DNA of 64,000 nucleotides, from assembly GCA_963805085.1 (NCBI GenBank), contig CAWDTA010000004.1:352001-416000 (forward strand), given 5' to 3'. Source of the DNA: an uncultured Veillonellaceae bacterium. Its GTDB lineage: Bacteria > Bacillota > Negativicutes > JARBTT01. The position numbers and the translations under genes are program-made. This document shows positions 20,090 through 30,494 of the stretch, one piece after another (positions within the stretch are counted from its first letter, which is position 1; the number at the start of each line of letters is the position of its first letter). Under the pieces are notes generated by a model, which was not told the origin of the DNA, searched no databases, and was given only the letters and a program-made list of their open reading frames with translations.

Positions 20090-20776
20090 TTACTTAAAAT
20101 AACCTTTATATGTTTGTTTTAATTCCTCAATATCAGTAATTACTTTATTAATATGCAACCCAATTATTTTTTCACATAATCCTTGATCTTTCTGAATAAT
20201 CGCTTCTACAATCTGTCGATGCTGCCCAAATAATTTTGGCAGTTCATAATAGCCTTTCGTTAAAGTGAGCATTCGCACGCGATTATAATTTAAACTCATC
20301 TGTTTAATCATTTTCCAGATGCGCTCCTTATTACAAGCTTTAAATATAAGGCCATGCATGGTATCATCTAGCTCAAAAAACTTCATATAATCTTCTTTAT
20401 TTACACATAATTCTTGTAAATCTAAACAAGCTTGCACTTGTAATAATGATTCCCTAGGAAACCCATGACAAACCAGTTTGATTATAGCATTTTCCATCGT
20501 TGCCCGCAAAAATCGTGATTCGGCAACCTGCTCTAAATCTATCTTTGCCACATAGGTGCCCTTTTGCGGTAGAATATCCAATAAATTTTCTTGAGCTAAG
20601 CGAATAAAGGCTTCTCTGACTGGCGTACGACTAATTTGCAGTAATTCAGCGATGTCTTTCTCCGACAATGCAGTTCCTGGCACTAGATTCAAGCTGAGAA
20701 TATTTTTAATCAACAATCTATAGGCATACTCTCCTATTGAATCTTGTGGTAATTTATCAGAAATGTTAAAGTTCAT
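20090..20776 (-). CDS. GntR/FadR-family regulator (FCD domain)
   Basis: ISRTPVREAFIRL, PQKGTYV, FFELDDTMH, QHRQIV. Confidence 0.93.
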   Translation of the reverse strand: MNFNISDKLPQDSIGEYAYRLLIKNILSLNLVPGTALSEKDIAELLQISRTPVREAFIRLAQENLLDILPQKGTYVAKIDLEQVAESRFLRATMENAIIKLVCHGFPRESLLQVQACLDLQELCVNKEDYMKFFELDDTMHGLIFKACNKERIWKMIKQMSLNYNRVRMLTLTKGYYELPKLFGQHRQIVEAIIQKDQGLCEKIIGLHINKVITDIEELKQTYKGYFK

Positions 20777-21054
20777 TTTATAGCTCCCATCTTCTTCACT
20801 ATCTTATTATACTACCATATTAAGATCAAATTCGTCACTAGCTCAAACGAAATTGAGTTAATAGACGCTCTTCCTCTTTACGGTCGCAATTTATTTGATT
20901 CGCCATACTGTATAAAAAAGCCTTTCAACATCACTGCTGCTATCTTTCATAGTCTATATTTACACTATTCAGCACCTCAAATTTATATAGCTAGGAAAAA
21001 AGTTGAATTTTCATTGTAAATAAACTAAAATAAAGGTTCAAAGGAGGTAATAAA

Positions 21055-21480
21055 ATGAAAACTAACGCCGAAAATCATGTGGGCTATTTAATACAACAAA
21101 TTTCACATTTATTAGAGCAATTATTCAATAAAAATCTAGCAAATGAAGATTTATCTGTTTCACATGCAAGGTTAATTTATCTGTTATATAAAAATGATGG
21201 TATGACACAATCAGAACTTCAGCAAGATTTGCTGATTAAACCGTCTTCTATTACAAAATTAATTGATGTATTAGAAAAAAAAGGTTTGGTTAAAAGAGAA
21301 GCTTCTAATGAAGATGCACGAATTAAGAGAATTTATTTAACCAATGAAGGTAAGAAAAAAGAAGAAATATTATGTAATATTAAAGAAAAAACAGAAGTCA
21401 ATTTATTGATAACTATTTCCGAAAGTGAGCATCAAGACCTTATCCGAATTTTGAAATCAATTAAGCAAACATTGCAATAA
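21055..21480 (+). CDS. MarR-family regulator
   Basis: TQSEL, LEKKGLVKR, DARIKRIYLT; AGGAGG RBS. Confidence 0.93.
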   Translation: MKTNAENHVGYLIQQISHLLEQLFNKNLANEDLSVSHARLIYLLYKNDGMTQSELQQDLLIKPSSITKLIDVLEKKGLVKREASNEDARIKRIYLTNEGKKKEEILCNIKEKTEVNLLITISESEHQDLIRILKSIKQTLQ

Positions 21481-21569
21481 AATATTCTGATAAATAGTTT
21501 AGTTTCCTAACTAAATAAATTATGCTATGATAATTACATGACATAATTTATTCTACGGAGGCGTATTCT

Positions 21570-22769
21570 ATGAATTCCACAACTCACAACTCGGTACCAC
21601 ATAATCGTTTATGGACGGCGATTATATTAGGCTGTTTAGCCGGTATTGGCCCGCTTTGTACAGATTTATATTTACCTGCATTACCTCAAATTGCAACTAA
21701 TTTGAACACGAGTGCATCGTTAGTACAATTCAGTTTAACAGCTACGCTACTCGGTGTAGCCATCGGACAGATTTTTATTGGCCCTAACAGTGATATTAAC
21801 GGTCGAAAAAAACCATTGATACTATCATTGATCATTTTCATTATTTCATCCTTTATGTGTTCTTTCGCGACTTCGATTTGGGAACTCATTGCTTTTCGTT
21901 TTATTCAAGGTCTTGCGGGTTCAGGAGGTATCGTATTATCAAGGGCAATTGCTTGTGATCTTTATTCCGGCTCAGAATTAACAAAGTTTTTTTCATTGTT
22001 AATGTTAATTAACGGAATCGCACCTATTTTTTCACCAGTTATTGGTGGGCAAATTCTGGCATTGAGTGACTGGAAAGGGATATTTTTTATACTCGGCCTA
22101 TTTAGTATTGTATTAACTTTGGCTGTTATTTTTGGTATGAAAGAAACTTTACCATTGGAGCAACGTAAGGTTGGAGGCTTGAAAGCAACTTTTGTTACTT
22201 TTAGACAACTGTTATCTGATAAGAGTTTTGTTGGCTATGTTTTAGTGCAAGCCTTTATCATTGCCGGTTTGTTTGCCTACATTGCAGGTTCACCATTCGT
22301 ATTACAGACGATTTACGGCTTATCAGCAGAAAAATTTAGTCTATGTTTTGCGATTAACGGAATCGGCATTATGCTATTTGCTCAACTAACAGGACATTTC
22401 ACAGGCAAGTTTAATGAAAAACAAATACTCGTCTTTGGACTAAATCTAGCCCTATTGTGCAGTATACTATTACTTGCTATGAGTATAATGAAGGCATCTA
22501 TCATTTTTATCTTGATTCAACTATTTATCATCGTATCATGTATCGGAATCACAACCACGGCCAGCTTTTCTCTAGCTATTCAGCGTCAACCAAATTCAGC
22601 TGGCAGTGCGGCTGGATTAATCGGTGTCGTAACATTTATATTTGGCGCTATCGCTTCTCCCCTTGTTGGTTTAGGTGACGGAACAAACGCTATCCCTATG
22701 GGTCTGGTAGTAACACTTGCCAATTTATCGGCATTTATAAGTTATTTCAAATTGGCGAAGACAGAATAA
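21570..22769 (+). CDS. Bcr/CflA-family MFS efflux transporter
   Basis: TDLYLPALP, SDINGRKKPL, RFIQGLAG, APIFSPVIGG. Confidence 0.93.
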   Translation: MNSTTHNSVPHNRLWTAIILGCLAGIGPLCTDLYLPALPQIATNLNTSASLVQFSLTATLLGVAIGQIFIGPNSDINGRKKPLILSLIIFIISSFMCSFATSIWELIAFRFIQGLAGSGGIVLSRAIACDLYSGSELTKFFSLLMLINGIAPIFSPVIGGQILALSDWKGIFFILGLFSIVLTLAVIFGMKETLPLEQRKVGGLKATFVTFRQLLSDKSFVGYVLVQAFIIAGLFAYIAGSPFVLQTIYGLSAEKFSLCFAINGIGIMLFAQLTGHFTGKFNEKQILVFGLNLALLCSILLLAMSIMKASIIFILIQLFIIVSCIGITTTASFSLAIQRQPNSAGSAAGLIGVVTFIFGAIASPLVGLGDGTNAIPMGLVVTLANLSAFISYFKLAKTE

Positions 22770-22873
22770 ATACACTTGACGAAACACGACTCATCTTTTG
22801 CATATTTTATCATTCAATACGTATTTTCTTATCTGCAATTTGCATGCATTAATATTGTAATCAAGCTAAAGCA

Positions 22874-22977
22874 AAAGATGTCTATCACTAAGAAAGTTAA
22901 ACTTTCTTAGTGATAGGCATCTTTCTTAATAATTTAAGCCGTTACTAAGTACATTTTTGCACCTAGTAACGGCTTAA
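22874..22977. terminator. Two tandem hairpins between convergent genes
   Basis: ~24-bp stem 22874-22924 (AAAGATGTCTATCACTAAGAAAGT/ACTTTCTTAGTGATAGGCATCTTT) and TTAAGCCGTTACTA...TAGTAACGGCTTAA 22934-22977. Confidence 0.8.
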
Positions 22978-23038
22978 CATTTATGTAAGCACTATTTTTT
23001 GTGAGACTATTTATCAAAATATAATATTAAGATTAATA

Positions 23039-24901
23039 CTATTCTTGAATATACAGTTCTACATCATCAAACGAACCCCAGTTTCCTGCGTTTGCTTGAT
23101 TATCGACACCAATTGTGATCTGACCATTCGTAACATTAATGTCCTTAATCGTCCATTGATGCCACTTGCTCCAGCCATCATTTGTAATTGTAACTGTCAC
23201 TTCACTACCACCATAGTCACTAGCAAACAGTTGAATTGCTTTTTCACCGCCACCGCCTTGTGTCCATACGGATAGTGTATATTTACCATCTTTTAATCCA
23301 GTAATCGTTTGCGTTGCATTAAAGGCGAATGCTTTATCAGACCAATAGTGCATAGCACTCTTACCGCGCACATCGCCGGCAGAGCCTGAAATATTAACTG
23401 CACTAACATCACCTTTGACTGCCCATTGATCTAAAGTACCAGTTTCAAAGTTACCATTTTTCACAAGATTGACTTTATTGATCACATTGATTTTAGCAAT
23501 CGCTGCTTCGTCAGTACCAACAACTGTACCAGTAACTCGATAGTTACCTACCGTATCATAAACTGGTGTTTCTGTATTCCAAGAAACAGGAAGTTCTTTT
23601 GTTGAATCATCTGTATAAACAGCACTGATTACCTTTGGTAATTCTGTTGATATGCCAACATTACCAAGAACATCAACTGGTTCTAATTCTTTCACCGTTG
23701 CTTGTACAAATTGATTATTTTTATCGGATACAAGGTTGAACACATTTAGAGATTCTAATGCATTGCCTTTGAAATCAAACATTGCAAGGTTTTCCCATTC
23801 GTTACCTTCTCCATGTTTCCAACCAACTCCTGGAGTTGGAATCCAATCTGGTTCCCAATAGAATACACCCATACCACGTTTATTATTTACCTTGCTGACA
23901 GCTTCCATGATGTCTCTCATTCCAGTTGCCTGACCTTGTACGGAGCTCTTATATCCACCGATTTTTTCTTCGTTTGGACCATAGCAGTTTTTCTGAGCAT
24001 CAAAGCCATCATTGGTAAAGCCCATTGCTGTTTCTACAACAACAACATCTTTATTATACCGTGCACTAACATCGTTCATGTTGTTTTCTAGTTGTTCCAA
24101 CTTGCCATGCCAGAATGGATAGTACGAAAGCCCAATGATATCAAAATCATTTACTTTATTTTCTACAATCAAGGAATCAAAGAAACTACGGTATAACGCA
24201 TTGTCGCCACCATTTGCTAAATGAACCATAAGTTTGATGCTTTTCTCTGGATCATTATCACGAACAGCCTTCAAGCCTTGGCCAATCATATTTGCAAGAT
24301 TTTTATAACCTTCTGGACTCGTAGTTTTACCTTCTGGCCATAACATCCCGTTATTAAGTTCGTTACCGATTTGTACCATGTCAGGTTTAATACCTTTGGC
24401 TGCAAAATCTTTGATCACTTTGCTGGTATATGTATAAACATCTTTTCCAAGTTGTTTTGTATTATGATTTGCCCATGCTGCTGGTTTATTTTGTTTGCCT
24501 GGATCAGCCCAGAAATCACTGTAATGGAAGTCAATTAGTACTTTCATACCTTTTGATTTTGCCCGCGTTGCGATTTCCAATGCTTTTGCTTCATCGGTAT
24601 TACCGCCGCCAACTTCTACACCATTTACAATTGGATTATTCCATATTCTAAGGCGAACCCAGTTGATCCCATGTTCTTGTAAAATATCTAAACAATCTTT
24701 TTCTATACCTTGATCGTAGAATTTGCCACCTTTTAATTCGAGTTCTTTTAACATCGAAATATCGGCGCCTTTCATGAAATCAGAGCGAATCCCATCGATT
24801 GGATTCACCTGAATTGCAGCTTCTGCATTTGGTACACTAAACATAATGCTACTCGCCATCAATGCTGACAGTACAAGCGAAGTTAATTTACTTTTTTTCA
24901 T
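23039..24901 (-). CDS. Secreted endo-1,4-beta-galactanase GH53 with Ig-like domain and C-terminal CBM
   Basis: Signal peptide ending AEA; KGADIS, DFHYSDFWADPGKQ, VQIGNE, LSYYPFWHG, VVETA, FYWEP; NLVKNGNFE CBM-like tail. Confidence 0.92.
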   Translation of the reverse strand: MKKSKLTSLVLSALMASSIMFSVPNAEAAIQVNPIDGIRSDFMKGADISMLKELELKGGKFYDQGIEKDCLDILQEHGINWVRLRIWNNPIVNGVEVGGGNTDEAKALEIATRAKSKGMKVLIDFHYSDFWADPGKQNKPAAWANHNTKQLGKDVYTYTSKVIKDFAAKGIKPDMVQIGNELNNGMLWPEGKTTSPEGYKNLANMIGQGLKAVRDNDPEKSIKLMVHLANGGDNALYRSFFDSLIVENKVNDFDIIGLSYYPFWHGKLEQLENNMNDVSARYNKDVVVVETAMGFTNDGFDAQKNCYGPNEEKIGGYKSSVQGQATGMRDIMEAVSKVNNKRGMGVFYWEPDWIPTPGVGWKHGEGNEWENLAMFDFKGNALESLNVFNLVSDKNNQFVQATVKELEPVDVLGNVGISTELPKVISAVYTDDSTKELPVSWNTETPVYDTVGNYRVTGTVVGTDEAAIAKINVINKVNLVKNGNFETGTLDQWAVKGDVSAVNISGSAGDVRGKSAMHYWSDKAFAFNATQTITGLKDGKYTLSVWTQGGGGEKAIQLFASDYGGSEVTVTITNDGWSKWHQWTIKDINVTNGQITIGVDNQANAGNWGSFDDVELYIQE

Positions 24902-25124
24902 ATCTTCACCCCATATATTTATTTAAACTATACCATTTTTATTTTCGTAAATTCTCTTACTTTATGCGAGAGGATTTCCAGTATCTATCAAGAATATCTC
25001 TGATAAGAGACTTGTTTATAACGCATCTATAGGTTAGCCTGGCCGCTGTCTATCAAAACGCGTTTCGTAACAAGTTTCTTTTTTTGTCCACTTATCATAA
25101 AATTCTCTCCTTGTTTATTTTTGA

Positions 25125-26552
25125 TTAGAAGCTAACGGTTAAAGCCGCATAAGCTGTATCTTCATATTTGCTGAAACCGGATTTAGCTTCATCATATGGT
25201 TTAAGCTTATAGTAAGTAACTTCAAAATTTGTATTACTAGCTAACATATAACTTGCACCAAGCCCCCAACCTTTATCACCATCGCCATTAAATCCATTAC
25301 CACCAGCTATATTCAATCTATGTCCCCAGTACGTAGAATCTACTGCTGCGTTACCAAGGCTGAAATATTCCGCATATACCTTCCATGTATTGGCTTTATT
25401 CCATACTTGATTACCATAAGTTAACCTTGTCCAATAACCATGATCTTGATCTGCTGCATCGGCATTATTTTTTACATATTCCGCAAGCAAATTCACTTTA
25501 TCACTTATTTGCGAATTAAAACCAACTGCATATTGATCAAATGCATATGGTTGTTCATTCCAGACTGTCGTAGCTACAGGTGTTTGTATCCAACTACCAT
25601 CAGTTAATTGCACCCACTTATTTTCATATGCTGTACTAGCCGTCTTTAATTTATCATTTGTCTTTAAATGGGCAACTGTAACATGCGTAGCAGGACTCGT
25701 CGCTACATCAACATTTGCTAGGAACGCTCCCATATTCGTATTATGCCAACCTTCAGCTGCTAAATCTCCCCAACCGGCTGATACTTTTACCTTGTCACCA
25801 AATTGGTGCGTAGCATAGATACCATCAATTTGGTTTTCCCACCAAAGAAGACCTTGTCCAAGATTTAATTCCAGCCGCCCAACAGAAATGTTTGTATTTG
25901 CATGATTCCAATCAACACTAAACTTGTCAAGTCTAAAAGAGTTCTGATCTCTGGTGCTATTATCCCAAGAATTGAAATTCTGATTTTTATTACCCCAACC
26001 ATCATTTACTTTAATTTCATTTTCATATTTAATACGGCCATTTATGGATATATTCTCTGCTGGTTCGCCATAAAAGCCAAGGCGTACACGTTCTTCAAAT
26101 TGGCTGGAATTTTCTTTATGTCCATCGTTGGTATCTTTCATCTTATTTGCTTTATTTTCAAAATACCGCATACGAGCATCACCATACCATTTAAATGAAG
26201 ACATTTTATCTTCTACTTTTTTTAGACGTACACCCATATTGGCTAATTCATCAGAGTATTCTTTTGATAAACGATCTAAAGCTGCTTTATTGGCATCATC
26301 TGCTTTATCAACGTTAGACATTGCTTTGGCAACTAGCTCTGCCATTTCATAGCGGCTAATCGCTTTTTCACCGCGGAAATCTGCATCACCATAGCCATCT
26401 ACGAGACCTGCTTGTACTAGTTTTTCTACTGCACCATATGCCCAATGGTCTTTTGGTACACTCGTAAATGGATTTGCTGTTGCTGCCATAGCAACACTAG
26501 AAAAGCTAAGAGCACCTAGAGCTACTGCAGATACAAGAAACTGTTTTTTCAT
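25125..26552 (-). CDS. OmpM-like outer-membrane porin with N-terminal SLH domain
   Basis: Signal peptide, NPFTSVPKDHWAY..GLVDGY...SRYEMA SLH, coiled coil, amphipathic beta strands, terminal Phe; AGGAGG RBS before ATG 26552. Confidence 0.88.
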   Translation of the reverse strand: MKKQFLVSAVALGALSFSSVAMAATANPFTSVPKDHWAYGAVEKLVQAGLVDGYGDADFRGEKAISRYEMAELVAKAMSNVDKADDANKAALDRLSKEYSDELANMGVRLKKVEDKMSSFKWYGDARMRYFENKANKMKDTNDGHKENSSQFEERVRLGFYGEPAENISINGRIKYENEIKVNDGWGNKNQNFNSWDNSTRDQNSFRLDKFSVDWNHANTNISVGRLELNLGQGLLWWENQIDGIYATHQFGDKVKVSAGWGDLAAEGWHNTNMGAFLANVDVATSPATHVTVAHLKTNDKLKTASTAYENKWVQLTDGSWIQTPVATTVWNEQPYAFDQYAVGFNSQISDKVNLLAEYVKNNADAADQDHGYWTRLTYGNQVWNKANTWKVYAEYFSLGNAAVDSTYWGHRLNIAGGNGFNGDGDKGWGLGASYMLASNTNFEVTYYKLKPYDEAKSGFSKYEDTAYAALTVSF

Positions 26553-26666
26553 TTGAATTCCTCCTAAAATAATAAATAAATTCTTTTTGAGCCAACTATT
26601 AGGAGCACGAACATTGTTGTCCATGTTGCCAATATTCTGACTTCTTCTAGTCACCTCTTATTTAGA

Positions 26667-26734
26667 CACCAATGGAGCAGCCAAGTTTTTTCAACAGTGG
26701 ATACTGTTTTATTTACTTGGCTGATCCAATGGTG
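26667..26734. other. Long intergenic stem-loop between lacG and the porin gene
   Basis: CACCA/TGGTG, TGGA/TCCA, CAGCCAAGT/ACTTGGCTG, inner AACAGT/ACTGTT. Confidence 0.6.
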
Positions 26735-26741
26735 AGAAAAA

Positions 26742-28169
26742 CTAAATTTCTACATCGTTGACATCGACCAGCTGTTTCGTTTTGGAAATTTTCTTAAACC
26801 AATATGCACTTTTTTTCGGATACCGCTTTTGTGTTTCAAAGTTTACATAAAATAGACCATAGCGCTTGTTATAGCCATTTGACCAAGATAATACATCCAT
26901 CAACGACCATACATAGTATCCTTTTACATTTACGCCTTCTTGAATTGCTTTCAATATGTAATTGAAATGTTTTCTAATATATTCAATACGCGGCGTATCA
27001 TCAATCTTTCCATTAATGAAATCATCTTTATATCCCATGCCATTTTCAGCAATATAAATCTTTTTGTAATTTGGATAGTCTCTTTTGATTCTAACGAGCA
27101 TATCATACATGCCCTGCGGATAAATCGGCCAATCCCAATCCGTCGTTTCAACATCTGGCTTGCTTACGCGTGCGCCAATTCCCTTTAAAGCAAATACACT
27201 TGTACCTTTTTCGCCAGTTCCGTTATGATGCATTTTACTTTCGCCATCATAGCCTTGTAGAAAATGACTGGAATAATAATTCATGCCTAAGAAATCAATA
27301 TCTTTAGCCGCAGCTTCGATAGCATCCATATCGCCATCATACACAGTAAATGTTCCATGATTCTTTTTGAGAATTTCATGAATCGTTTCTAACGTGTCTT
27401 TAGCGTATTCACCTTTAAAGCATGCATCCAGCATAAATTTATTGGCAATGGTATCATCTAAATAAGCCGCTCTTTTGTCCTCTGGCTTATCGCTGATCGG
27501 GCACTTGCCTTCTAGCGTATGAACGATACCAATTTCACCTGGCAGATTCATACTTTTATATACGTTGAGAGCTTGTGCATGCGCAGCCATCATATTGTGC
27601 ATGATCTGAACAGCTTTCGGGATATCAAATTTTATACTAGGTGGGAAGTTCCCAATGATATAGCCATTTTGTGCAATTGACCAAGGTTCATTAAATGTAG
27701 CCCATTTTTTTACACGATCGCCGAAGTTTTCAAAACAAACCTTAGCAAACCTAACAAAGTGTTTAATATTCTCTCTATTTAACCAATCGCCATTTTGAAA
27801 AAGTGTTAGCGGCGTATCGAAATGATGTAAGGTAACAAATGGATCTACACCATTTTTGATACATTCATCAATTAGATTATTATAAAACGCAATTCCTTTT
27901 GGATTGATCTCACCAAAACCATCCGGAATAATCCGACTCCAAGAGATCGAAATACGAATGCCATTAATGCCAAATTCATTCGATAACTCAAGATCATCTT
28001 TGTATGTATGATAAAAATCACTTGCTTTATCACCATTGAAACGGCTGCCTGGTCTATTCAAATATTCATCCCAACAACACGGCCCCCTGCCGTCTTCCCT
28101 CGTTGCACCTTCTACTTGAAAAGCCGCCGTTGCACCACCAAATATAAAATCATCTGCAAATTGCTTCAT
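26742..28169 (-). CDS. lacG: 6-phospho-beta-galactosidase, GH1
   Basis: FGGATAAFQVEG, TFNEP, IYIAENGMG, WSLMDVLSWSNGYNKRYG; HNGTGEKG loop typical of LacG. Confidence 0.93.
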   Translation of the reverse strand: MKQFADDFIFGGATAAFQVEGATREDGRGPCCWDEYLNRPGSRFNGDKASDFYHTYKDDLELSNEFGINGIRISISWSRIIPDGFGEINPKGIAFYNNLIDECIKNGVDPFVTLHHFDTPLTLFQNGDWLNRENIKHFVRFAKVCFENFGDRVKKWATFNEPWSIAQNGYIIGNFPPSIKFDIPKAVQIMHNMMAAHAQALNVYKSMNLPGEIGIVHTLEGKCPISDKPEDKRAAYLDDTIANKFMLDACFKGEYAKDTLETIHEILKKNHGTFTVYDGDMDAIEAAAKDIDFLGMNYYSSHFLQGYDGESKMHHNGTGEKGTSVFALKGIGARVSKPDVETTDWDWPIYPQGMYDMLVRIKRDYPNYKKIYIAENGMGYKDDFINGKIDDTPRIEYIRKHFNYILKAIQEGVNVKGYYVWSLMDVLSWSNGYNKRYGLFYVNFETQKRYPKKSAYWFKKISKTKQLVDVNDVEI

Positions 28170-28198
28170 GTTATTGACCGCCTTTTATCTATATTGAT

Positions 28199-29884
28199 TT
28201 AATTTTGATGAATTAAATCTAATGCAAAGTTGAATGCAGCTTCAGATTCTCTAGTTAATTTAACGTATTCTTTACCAGAAGTTGTCGCTGATTTTACACC
28301 TTTTGCATCACAATCACGTTTCAATTCATCGTACATAGATGCCATTTGTGGTGCTAATACAATCAAATCAAAATCAGTAATTTTTTCTTTATGCTGACCA
28401 TATGCCATAGCAATAGAATCCATGTTAAATTTCTTTTCCTTTGCCCCTTTAGCGATTGATTTTGCAAGCATACTACTCGTTGCACCACTTGCACAAAGTA
28501 CCAATACTGCTAATTGTTCTTCAGGGCTTTGACTAGCTACTGTCTGCTGAGCAGATTCCTTTATTGAAGTAGTTGGGACTTGCACTATTTTACGGTCTTC
28601 TTCGACTTCACCATTATTTTCAGATTCTCTAATTACCAATTGTTTGTCATAGACTTTAAAGAATGGATAATACATTACAAAATCAATAATCAATAATAGT
28701 GGAGCTAAGATAAACGACAATTTCGCAAAGCCAGTACCTAAAATCAAACCGATTGTCCCTGGAGTTGTCCATGGTAAAATATAGACAAAACCATTCATGC
28801 CCAAATTATCAATGAAGAATTTAAACAACCAAACATTTAGAATTGGTGTCAAAATAAATGGTACAAAGAACACTGGATTTAATACGATTGGAGCACCGAA
28901 TAAAATTGGTTCATTAACAGCAAATAATACTGGAACAATCGAAGTTTTTCCGACTGCCTTTAGCTGTTTTGATTTTGCAATAAATGCACACATTGCAGCA
29001 AACATTAGAGTTGCACCTGTACCACCTAATGTCGCGACGAAATAAGAAGTACCATGTGTCAATACATTCGTCGCATGCTCGCCCGCTTGAAATAAATTTA
29101 AGTTTGCTTCAATATTTGCAATATAGATTGCTGTTACTGCTGGTTCGACAATGGAAGGGCCATGAATCCCGATAAACCAGAACATTGCCATTGCTCCATA
29201 AATGATCGCAACACCGATGTATCCATCTGCCGCCGAAAACAACGGTTTGAATACTTCCAAAATCCATGCACTAAATCCCATGCCAACAAGATATTTAAAA
29301 AATATACTAAATATCCAAAAGATTAAAACCGATACTGCTAACGGAATTAAATCTGCAAAAGTTTGTGAAATATTATGCGGTACTTCATCCGGCATTTTGA
29401 TGGTAATATTGTTTTTCACGCAAAATTTATAAATATTAGGTATGATAAATGCTACAACAAATGCGGATAACAAGCCTTTTGTTCCCATGTATTCACTAGA
29501 AAATCCACCTTTAACAGACTCAACACTTAATAAAAGGAAACAAATAATAGCTACAATCATGACAGATACCGGATTGATTTGTCTCAATTTCGGTAGTAAA
29601 TTATTAAAATTATCAGTTAAACTTTTTGAAATGGTTGCTACCATGAGCACTGCCAAAATCCCCATGGAATAGTTATAAGCTTTCCATAGTACCGCACTGA
29701 TACTATCTGGCCAAATATAACCGAAAATATTCGGAACACAGGCAACCAAAATAAACATACTAGAAAATAGAACTACTGGAATACAACTGATAAAGCCATC
29801 TCTGATTGCTCTAAGATACGGATTATTTGAAACTTTTTCAAACGTCGGTTTCATCGTTTCAATCAAACTTATTAATTTTTCCAT
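28199..29884 (-). CDS. lacE: PTS lactose-specific EIICB
   Basis: YLRAIRDGF, FWFIGIHGPSIVEP, C-terminal VLVLCASGATS EIIB. Confidence 0.93.
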   Translation of the reverse strand: MEKLISLIETMKPTFEKVSNNPYLRAIRDGFISCIPVVLFSSMFILVACVPNIFGYIWPDSISAVLWKAYNYSMGILAVLMVATISKSLTDNFNNLLPKLRQINPVSVMIVAIICFLLLSVESVKGGFSSEYMGTKGLLSAFVVAFIIPNIYKFCVKNNITIKMPDEVPHNISQTFADLIPLAVSVLIFWIFSIFFKYLVGMGFSAWILEVFKPLFSAADGYIGVAIIYGAMAMFWFIGIHGPSIVEPAVTAIYIANIEANLNLFQAGEHATNVLTHGTSYFVATLGGTGATLMFAAMCAFIAKSKQLKAVGKTSIVPVLFAVNEPILFGAPIVLNPVFFVPFILTPILNVWLFKFFIDNLGMNGFVYILPWTTPGTIGLILGTGFAKLSFILAPLLLIIDFVMYYPFFKVYDKQLVIRESENNGEVEEDRKIVQVPTTSIKESAQQTVASQSPEEQLAVLVLCASGATSSMLAKSIAKGAKEKKFNMDSIAMAYGQHKEKITDFDLIVLAPQMASMYDELKRDCDAKGVKSATTSGKEYVKLTRESEAAFNFALDLIHQN

Positions 29885-29917
29885 ACAAAATCCCCCATCT
29901 TATTTTATTGTAGTAAC

Positions 29918-30232
29918 TTAATTTACTTTTTTATATAAATCAACAAAATTTTTCACGAGATCTCGTAGTAGCATCACTGTCATTAGATGATCTTGTGCAT
30001 GTACTGTTAAAAAGTTTACCTTGATGTTTTCACCGGAAGATTCCATTTGCAAAATTCTAGTTTGCGTATTATGTGCTTCTGTAATCAAATCATTGCCTTC
30101 TTGAATCATTTCTTCAGCCTTAGCATAATCGCCATCATTCGCTGCTGTTAAAGCTCCCACGTATTTTGATCTTGCATCTCCCGCATAAGCAATAATCTCA
30201 ACTGTAGTCATTTCAATTTCTTCATTTGTCAT
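29918..30232 (-). CDS. lacF: PTS lactose-specific EIIA
   Basis: YAGDARS, VHAQDHLMT; adjacent to lacE. Confidence 0.92.
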   Translation of the reverse strand: MTNEEIEMTTVEIIAYAGDARSKYVGALTAANDGDYAKAEEMIQEGNDLITEAHNTQTRILQMESSGENIKVNFLTVHAQDHLMTVMLLRDLVKNFVDLYKKVN

Positions 30233-30418
30233 CTTATTCTTCCTCCAAAATTTAATTCATCATGATATTCTCTTTTTTCTAATTTTTCAGTTAATTTATC
30301 AAGTAGATATCATTCAAGCATTTATTATACTATCTATTCATCCGCAATTTCAGTCTTTCCAAACACGTTTTGATATATTTTGTCGAAACCGTAACATTAT
30401 TTTATTTATTTCAAAATC

Positions 30419-30457
30419 GACAGCTAAGGTTTTTATCTACCTGGTGACTTAGCTGTC
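30419..30457 (-). terminator. Hairpin after the lacC pseudogene
   Basis: GACAGCTAAG...CTTAGCTGTC. Confidence 0.6.
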
Positions 30458-30494
30458 AATTCACTATTTTATATTGACGTAAGGAATTACCGTT

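Noticed and set aside
21494-21515. MarR operator upstream of the Bcr/CflA gene
   Set aside because: TAGTTTAG-TTTC-CTAACTA is only an imperfect palindrome in AT-rich DNA; plausible but too weak to call.
26553-26654. 34-aa N-terminal extension of the porin in the ORF track
   Set aside because: AGGAGG RBS and signal peptide place the start at 26552.
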